NCBI GenBank assembly: GCA_024704765.1
Contig: JAKMXF010000233.1
Coordinates: 1 to 64,000 of the forward strand
DNA: 64,000 bases
Reading direction: 5' to 3'
DNA from: Oopsacas minuta
Taxonomy: Eukaryota > Animalia > Porifera
The position numbers and the translations under genes are program-made. Shown here piece by piece: positions 58,801 through 64,000 of this stretch. The notes beneath the pieces are model-generated. The model saw only the letters and a list, made by a program, of their open reading frames with translations. It searched no databases and was not told the DNA's origin. Position 1 is the first letter of the stretch. Each line of letters starts with the position of its first letter.

Positions 58801-61800
58801 ACAAAAATTGGCAGTAATAATTTACTGTTGCTATTATTTGGTATTATTTTCAATTAATACTGTTTGTTTTATTTGATTATTCCATAAACGTATTTCAGTG
58901 TTTATTGTTGTCAGTATTAAGCAACATTTCCTCAACTGTTCCGACCTTATTGTCCCTGCTTGTTGGCATATTTTCCCATATTTAAAATTTTCATAATCAG
59001 TAGGTTATTATTTGCGAAAGTAATTAATGAAACCCAATCGATTTCCACGTCGTCATATCCATATATCCCTCTACGACGATGATCACAGTCAAACTATCCC
59101 TGTATGCACGCAATATGTTTTTATTATTGATGACGCTGGAATATAATTCCATTTTATATATTGGTTATTGGTTAGGCTATATTAATGCACATTATAGAAA
59201 TGAGGTCAGATCATTAACCCGTTTTCTCCATCCGTTATCAGTTTACTACAAAATAATGATGGATTATTGGTACTACGTTTATTTAACGCTCTGCACTTTG
59301 TTAGCTTAATTAACTTTAATAGTTGCTATTTTGCAGTGACGTTAAGTTAACCATCCACATTACTTTAACATTTTTATCAAGTCAGTTAATATCGCCTGTG
59401 TTTGTATATTTTAACTTCAACTACACTCCCTTGCCAAAAGTACTTGAACTTATCACGCCATGTGGTACAAGTGGCACATTGCTTAAACTCATTTGCAACT
59501 TTACGTACACACATTGAAATAACTTAAAAAAGTATATTTGTAACTATAAATGATCCAATAGTAGTTCTAACAATATATTCTCTATAATTCAAGAACCATG
59601 GGAAGTGGCCCAAGCATTTTACTATGTGCCTCTTGTACCACAAGTGGCTCAAAAGCGTTCAAGTACTTTTGGCCAGGGAGTGTACACTTTGCTTTCTCCT
59701 ATGAGTATATCACTATCAAATACACTACGGAAATTAGATATTAATTTCTGTAATCACATTTTTTGGTGAGGTAATGTCGCTTTCACCATTTCTAGAAACA
59801 GATAAATATTTGTTCTTCATTTCCTTTCCAGCAAAATACCTAAACTTTCAAATGATAATTGTACAACGTTACATACTTTCAATATCTTATTAGGTTTATG
59901 GTTTGCATACTGAAACTTCCTCTATATCGGCCAATTCCTTGAATCATCTCCGTGGTTCATGTTTGGCATTCTAATCTGTATTATGCACACACAAATAGTA
60001 TTAGATTGAAATTTAATACATTCCTACAATAGTTTAATATCACTAAAGCTAATAGAAATTAGAATTTAATTAGCACTCAATACACTGATTACTCTCACTG
60101 TAATTAATAGTAATATTATTTATATAAATAGGACTGATGTTTCATATTTTAAGATGTGGATGTTAATACGTGTCTTAAATAATAATGTTTATAATGAATT
60201 GATTTACAAACATTTGTATAAGATATCACTAGTCGTATCTAGTGAGTTATTTGCCTTACTAAACAGATCATTTTACAGTTTATTTTAATTTGCATACTTC
60301 TTTGGTCTCTGGACAGCTCTATTTAGAGACGATATTATCATAGATGCCAACATGGCCTCTCACCAATCCTTGAATTTGCATGTAAGAATTCGTAAGATTT
60401 GGCATCTCTGCATCAAAATACTGTAAAGGACCAAAAATAACCGTGAATTATTATAGTTAGAGCCGCGAGAATCCGTGAGAGTTGGGCAGTGTCTGGATAT
60501 TTAGAATTATGTTTGTCTAAATTATATGTCCATTACTCAGATCATATGACATAAATCTCCCTTGTAATGTCAAAATGGATATAACGCATATACGTATCCA
60601 AATAGTTGTCGCGCTAATACATTTACATTTTATTTTGTTAATTAGCATCAATGGAGGCTACACAAACAGCGAGATTAGCTAGCAAAGAGCACTACAACAC
60701 TCTGAAGATTAAAAAGGAGGAACTAGAGAGGATTATTGAGGATAAAGAGGCTGAATTGAGAAGGATTAAGATTGAAGAAGCGGTGAGTTATTTGTTAACT
60801 TGATTGTTAAGAAAGGCAAATAAAAGTAAAATGGAGGTTCTTAACTAAAACAGGAGCTCCTTGGTGTGTCCTGGGTGTCCAGACTCAAGGCCCCCAGACT
60901 ACTGTTTGCCTTGGCCTACACAACTCTATTGGACATGCCAGACCACATTTATTTTGTTCCCTTGAGTCTATCGAGCTGTCACTCCTTGGCGTCCAGGAAA
61001 GCTCCTGGAAACAAGGTTGACGACGCTTGAAAGGCTCAGCCATTTTGCACACACAAATCTACATTCAAATTCTGTGAAGGCATTTTTGCAAAATTATTTT
61101 TCGATCTGATTACACAAATTACAATACATAATGCTCTTTTTCTCTAGAAACTTACTGGAATAGTTCCAGATGACCTGACGGAAGAAGAGAGAGCTTCTCT
61201 CCCCAAACAGATGGCTACTTCCTATACTCTGCAGTATCTAGTAGAGAGTGACTTATTCAACTCTGTACAGAAAAATTCTTCAATAGCTTCTACTGACCCA
61301 GAGGTAGGCACACCTACGTATATACGTAGATTCGTATCTAGAATTCGTCATGTACCTATCCAATCCTTTTTGATTATGGAATTATTGTCTGCTCGGACCA
61401 TTACTCACATATTGCACATGATAGAATGTGGAGATGATGGTCTGTTACTGATTGGCTGGGTAATGTACATATCATTTGTTTTCAAAAATCGAGGATTATG
61501 AGAATATTATGTCCTGAGCATTCACGGTATTATAAGTAACTACAGTTAACTCAATATAATTTGGTCTCTTTGGAACGAAGATAGTTTGGCCATTCGATTG
61601 CAGTTTAACATATCAATTTCTCTTTAGAACGACAAGGAACTTAAACGGTTAACTCGTGTGTATGAAGTACAATGCAATATCGTCAAGGCCGAATATGTAA
61701 GTTATGGCTAATTATATATTACAGCGGATGCCTGTTATATGAACATGTTCTTATAACCGGCAAAAATTCAATGAGGTAGACAAAAGATTCGGTAAATCGG

Positions 61801-63632
61801 CTATGTTTCTTATAGCCGGCATGTTCTTATGCCCGGCATCTGCTGTATATTAATTAATGACTATCTTTAATGTGTAAATTTTATTTTTCATTAGAAAATA
61901 TACAAAGGAGATTATAGTAGCAAGAAGATTAAAAAGCAGAGGAAGAAGAACTACAAAGCTAGTGAGAAGAAGGTTTGGAAATTATTTGTACCTCTATATA
62001 CTACACCAATACAGCTAGCATTTTCACTGTCAAAGAATTTCTGAGCAAATGGTCCAGTCGATAATCATTTCTTGTTCCTGTTAAAATATAGAGTGGAGTC
62101 TCCCAAAACGGATACTCCGAGAGGCGGACAATCCCTCTACAACAGACAAACAGAATGATTAATTTTAGAATTCTATTCTATTTTAGCTGAAAGAGCTGGA
62201 GAAAGAATTGGAGAAGAGAAGAGATTTCCTTGGCATCTCATGCAGACAATCTAGATTCTATTCACAAGTAGCAGATAAAGATGATTACAACTGGGAAGTA
62301 ATTGCTTCAAAAAGTTTTACAATGCCACTTAAATATAACCCTAACGGTAATTTGCTAATACGTATAGTCGTATACGGGGTTTCTGAAATTCCAGTAAAAC
62401 TCTGAATCAGAATTTATCTGAGTAGGTGAATTTCAGGAAAATACACTAAGCCAAGCGTGAATATTCGGTCAAGACGGCCCGAACTTCAAATCATAATGCT
62501 ATATGCATAGTCTACGTCTAGCCGTTTGGCGTATAGCCCTGTTATTTACCAAAATTAACTATGACGTATTGTATTAGTAACCTCTCTCATTCCTCTAGTA
62601 AAGCTATCAGCTGTGGATGAGAACAGAGTTACACAGCACAGCTCAGTTATGCGACCAGCTAGACACTCCTCAGCTGTTCCAATCAGGATAGATCCTACCA
62701 TGATGCAAATAAGACAAAATAAACACAGCGCTAGTACAACCTATAACAAGGTTAATTGGTAATAATGTATTGCTATTATCGTTTCGTTTTATCGTGTTAT
62801 TTCAGTTATTAATGCACTGGTGTGTTTTTGAATGGCTTATGTCCCGCATATTCAAAATATATTGTCGAACTTCTAAACTCTCTTACGCACGCTTTTAGAC
62901 TATTCTTGCACTGCTACGAATCATGAATAATCTTATTTTCTACAGAATAAATTATTCATTACCTGGGATTTCGAATATTACTGATTCCGCATTCCATACC
63001 AATCTCTCTCCTATTTATAGAAAAGCAATGCATCAGATTCCTACTCTACAGCCAGTCCTATGGAAGGGAATTCCTTCCTTTCTCTCTACTCCCGAGGCTC
63101 CAGTTCTCATATCAGCTCTACATCAGTTAGTTCTGATGAAGATAGATGTCTGTCTTGTCCTGTTACCGAAATGATCCTCCGCAAACATAACGAGAAAATG
63201 AGAAACGAAGTTATAAAGAAACGAGCCTCACAACACCTAGACCTAGCTTTCCCCGAGAAAGCAATCGTTCAGAAAAAGAAAGAAACAATCGACAATTTGA
63301 ATTTAGATATAACTAATCATGTTATTTTCAAACCTCCCACACGCTATCCAGATCCTACAAACTCTAAAATATCATTCTCTGCTCCAAAACAATCTGCCAA
63401 AGAATTCTATGCAAAATCTTTACCATTGGATGACAGGGAAGAACGAGAAGAGCGAAATCTCACACATTCAGCTAATTTTGTGAAACATCAGTATAGTTCT
63501 GATCAGATATCTAAACAATACGAACACAAGCTAGCCTACACCCAACAAAATAGCAGTACACGCTTTCATAGGACGCCTAGTCCACGGACAGTTCTCTCTA
63601 ATAACACAAAATATCCACTACCTTATACGCGG
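40807..63632 (+). CDS. FRMD4: FRMD4A/B-like FERM + CUPID coiled-coil protein, at least 20 exons, continues past 63632
   Basis: Exons 40807-40878, 41702-41796, 45991-46083, 46339-46423, 48301-48357, 48540-48562, 54826-54909, 55325-55390, 55489-55546, 55698-55784, 56075-56178, 56877-57018, 57598-57706, 60646-60782, 61148-61303, 61628-61696, 61895-61972, 62187-62346, 62599-62750 and 63021-63632 join in one open frame (2439 nt). Motifs RDCYIHLIDG, LRDKEYFGLYY, LVQELPSYGMQFYNVK, ELRRIKIEEAKLTGIVP and SKKIKKQRKKNY. Confidence 0.92.
42764..43755 (-). CDS. DTYMK: Thymidylate (dTMP) kinase, 2 exons, 215 aa, nested antisense in FRMD4 intron 2
   Basis: Exons 43755-43448 and 43103-42764, with a GT-AG intron in phase 2. 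P-loop IVIEGLDKAGKST, HLLFSANRWE, VVDR|YSYSGVAF, GLPRPDLV, GEERYE, ending ERLWT*. Confidence 0.95.
47000..47313. mobile_element. hAT-type MITE (314 bp)
   Basis: TIRs CAGTGGTTCTCAACC and GGTTGAGGAGCACTG (13/15). TSD GAATAGAC / GTATAGAC (7/8). Confidence 0.82.
47427..47993 (-). CDS. GNPNAT1: Glucosamine-6-phosphate N-acetyltransferase-like GNAT, intronless, 188 aa, nested antisense in FRMD4 intron 4
   Basis: LRPIDYNDFDKSF..LLAEL, YYIVVIED, acetyl-CoA loop YRGRGFG and LGCYRVSLE. Orthology versus a diverged paralog is unresolved. Confidence 0.8.
   Translation of the reverse strand: MAVTEHYTPLFDPIIINKATELLDSTDPVVDLSKHNCILRPIDYNDFDKSFGELLAELNPIGDLDRTKFKQQFNRMRAAKNVYYIVVIEDKTSGKVVAAGVLILDEKFYRATTRGRIEMLIVEEKYRGRGFGVLLVRILTCIGQYLGCYRVSLETYGYNKTFYTDKCYYKEEKYIFMEKPYPNVLQKQ
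49127..49651 (-). CDS. Small atypical dual-specificity phosphatase, intronless, 174 aa, nested in FRMD4 intron 6
   Basis: LYYGG, VTHIMNVA, general-acid D loop (VRDMG), VHCAAGRNRSAT and IAYVM. Confidence 0.93.
   Translation of the reverse strand: MASAISDFFRKKRSTQLWDAAEIYDNKLYYGGGYAADNLKELKAHKVTHIMNVADDVPNYHPNEFTYINLRVRDMGQDEGISRVFDQAFEKLDEIMKQDDARVLVHCAAGRNRSATITIAYVMHRDGIQLDKALKMVTTKRRVFIMRDNRTQLLQYEKKLYGKNTLKAEAFLVT
50564..51075 (-). pseudogene. Tandem duplicate of the DUSP with a 1-bp deletion and nonsense codons
   Basis: After VHCAVGLNRSATI, ATT ACT has become ATT CT (frameshift). In the restored frame TAT has become TAA, and there is another TAA at 50564-50566. 3' flanks 48870-49030 and 50350-50510 are also homologous. 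Confidence 0.88.
51997..53235 (-). CDS. Secreted, membrane/GPI-anchored protein with two tandem DOMON domains, intronless, 412 aa, nested in FRMD4 intron 6
   Basis: Signal peptide, two repeats offset by 606 nt (WIAMGLST..SMPNS..FMC, YYVLLAWG, IQQHG), an (ATTPS)n linker from 15-bp repeats at 52583-52660, and a hydrophobic C-terminus with no cytoplasmic tail. Confidence 0.85.
   Translation of the reverse strand: MSKILILILLLSCLGVIHANDLIGVGCDDDTTCIQFSNCAVNTAPTTPNIGTFTTIDDTTVQFQLQYDNAAADWIAMGLSTTQSMPNSNIFMCVRSGANVNLQERFASARARPPEVTSDLTLINSINDASIINCTFNTNILGSPNLNRGAGYYVLLAWGTVSGGSIQQHGGASRCVSSNEIVITTATGIDPTTPTATTPSATTPSATTPSATNPSATTQPSNLLIGERCGTMATCIQFSNCAVNTAPTTPNIGTIYTIDNTTVQFQLQYDNPVADWIAMGLSTTRSMPNSFIFMCVRSGVDVVVLERFASARARPPEVTSDLTLINSINDASIINCTFTTNVLGSPNLNRGAGYYVLLAWGTVSGGLIQQHGSAGRCVTSSEIVITTATGGAPVFSLAISTLVLMLTILFLV
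53793..54196. mobile_element. hAT-type MITE (404 bp)
   Basis: TIRs CAGTGGCGTAACTA and TAGTTACGCCCCTG (13/14). Flanks TGTGCAAG / TGTGTAGG (6/8). Confidence 0.75.
54621..54776. mobile_element. pogo/Tigger-like MITE, TA TSD
   Basis: TA|CAGTAAACTCTCGTTATAAC ... GGGAGTTTACTA|TA. Related ends at about 17720, 43990 and 53415. Confidence 0.7.
59424..59682. mobile_element. Tc1-like MITE (259 bp), TA TSD
   Basis: TIRs CACTCCCTTGCCAAAAGTACTTGAAC and its reverse complement (25/26), extending to about 55 bp. TA on both sides. Confidence 0.92.
61722..61845. mobile_element. Short TA-TSD MITE (124 bp)
   Basis: TA|CAGCGGATGCC ... GGCATCTGCTG|TA. Internal GTTCTTATA(A/G)CCGGCA repeats. Related fragment at about 29430. 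Confidence 0.78.
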
Positions 63633-63845
63633 GTGAGTTGTGTTGAGGTATTGTAAGGATAATACTTTGCTAAGGAATATCTACCTGGGATATTATATTT
63701 TTATAAATACTGTACATTTCTACAATTTTTATGTGAACTCAGCCAATATATGATAATTAGAATGTTTATACTGCACTTCCAATACCTTTACTTTTTGAAT
63801 ATAAATACGTTAAATTGTATATAAAGCAACAAAAATGCAATTAAC

Positions 63846-63980
63846 CAAACGGTTCCCAACCTGGGATTCACGGATGACAGGAGGATCTCTAAAAATTTGC
63901 ATTGCAGTCTATGGGAGGGGTCAACAAAAAGTGTTGAAATTGGTAGGGGGTGTATGGGTGGAAAAGGTTGGGAACCGCTG
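63846..63980. mobile_element. Degenerate hAT-type MITE
   Basis: CGGTTCCCAACCT and AGGTTGGGAACCGCTG inverted ends. No TSD recognised. Confidence 0.5.
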
Positions 63981-64000
63981 GTGCATGGATTAAGCTGGAG

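Overview
AT-rich eukaryotic DNA from an invertebrate animal. A sponge-like, early-branching metazoan (possibly a glass sponge) is my inference from gene style, not something the sequence proves. No rRNA, tRNA or CRISPR array was found. In order, the window holds: a frameshifted DD37E-type Tc1/mariner transposase; two copies of an orphan 7-transmembrane gene (one broken); a MATE transporter; an ankyrin fragment; a Merlin transposase relic; a 4-exon LENG8/THP3 gene; eIF6; an orphan glycine-zipper protein; a divergent actin; a frameshifted beta-1,3-glycosyltransferase; an intronless bacterial-type flavin monooxygenase (Tmm/mFMO-like, a horizontal transfer candidate); and two decayed TRAF genes. 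From 40.8 kb to the end runs a FRMD4-like FERM gene of at least 20 exons, almost all invisible in the ORF track. Its introns carry five antisense nested genes or pseudogenes: DTYMK, a GNPNAT1-like GNAT, two tandem DUSPs and a double-DOMON membrane-anchored protein. Intergenic and intronic DNA is dense with MITEs, a Helentron/HINE-like dispersed family, hairpins and motif arrays. Best leads: the bacterial-type FMO, the 7TM pair that varies only on its predicted extracellular face, the FRMD4 nested-gene stack, the putative di-heme DOMON protein, the actin lacking catalytic residues and the glycine-zipper protein. All coordinates, translations and homology statements were made by eye and from recall, with no searches run.
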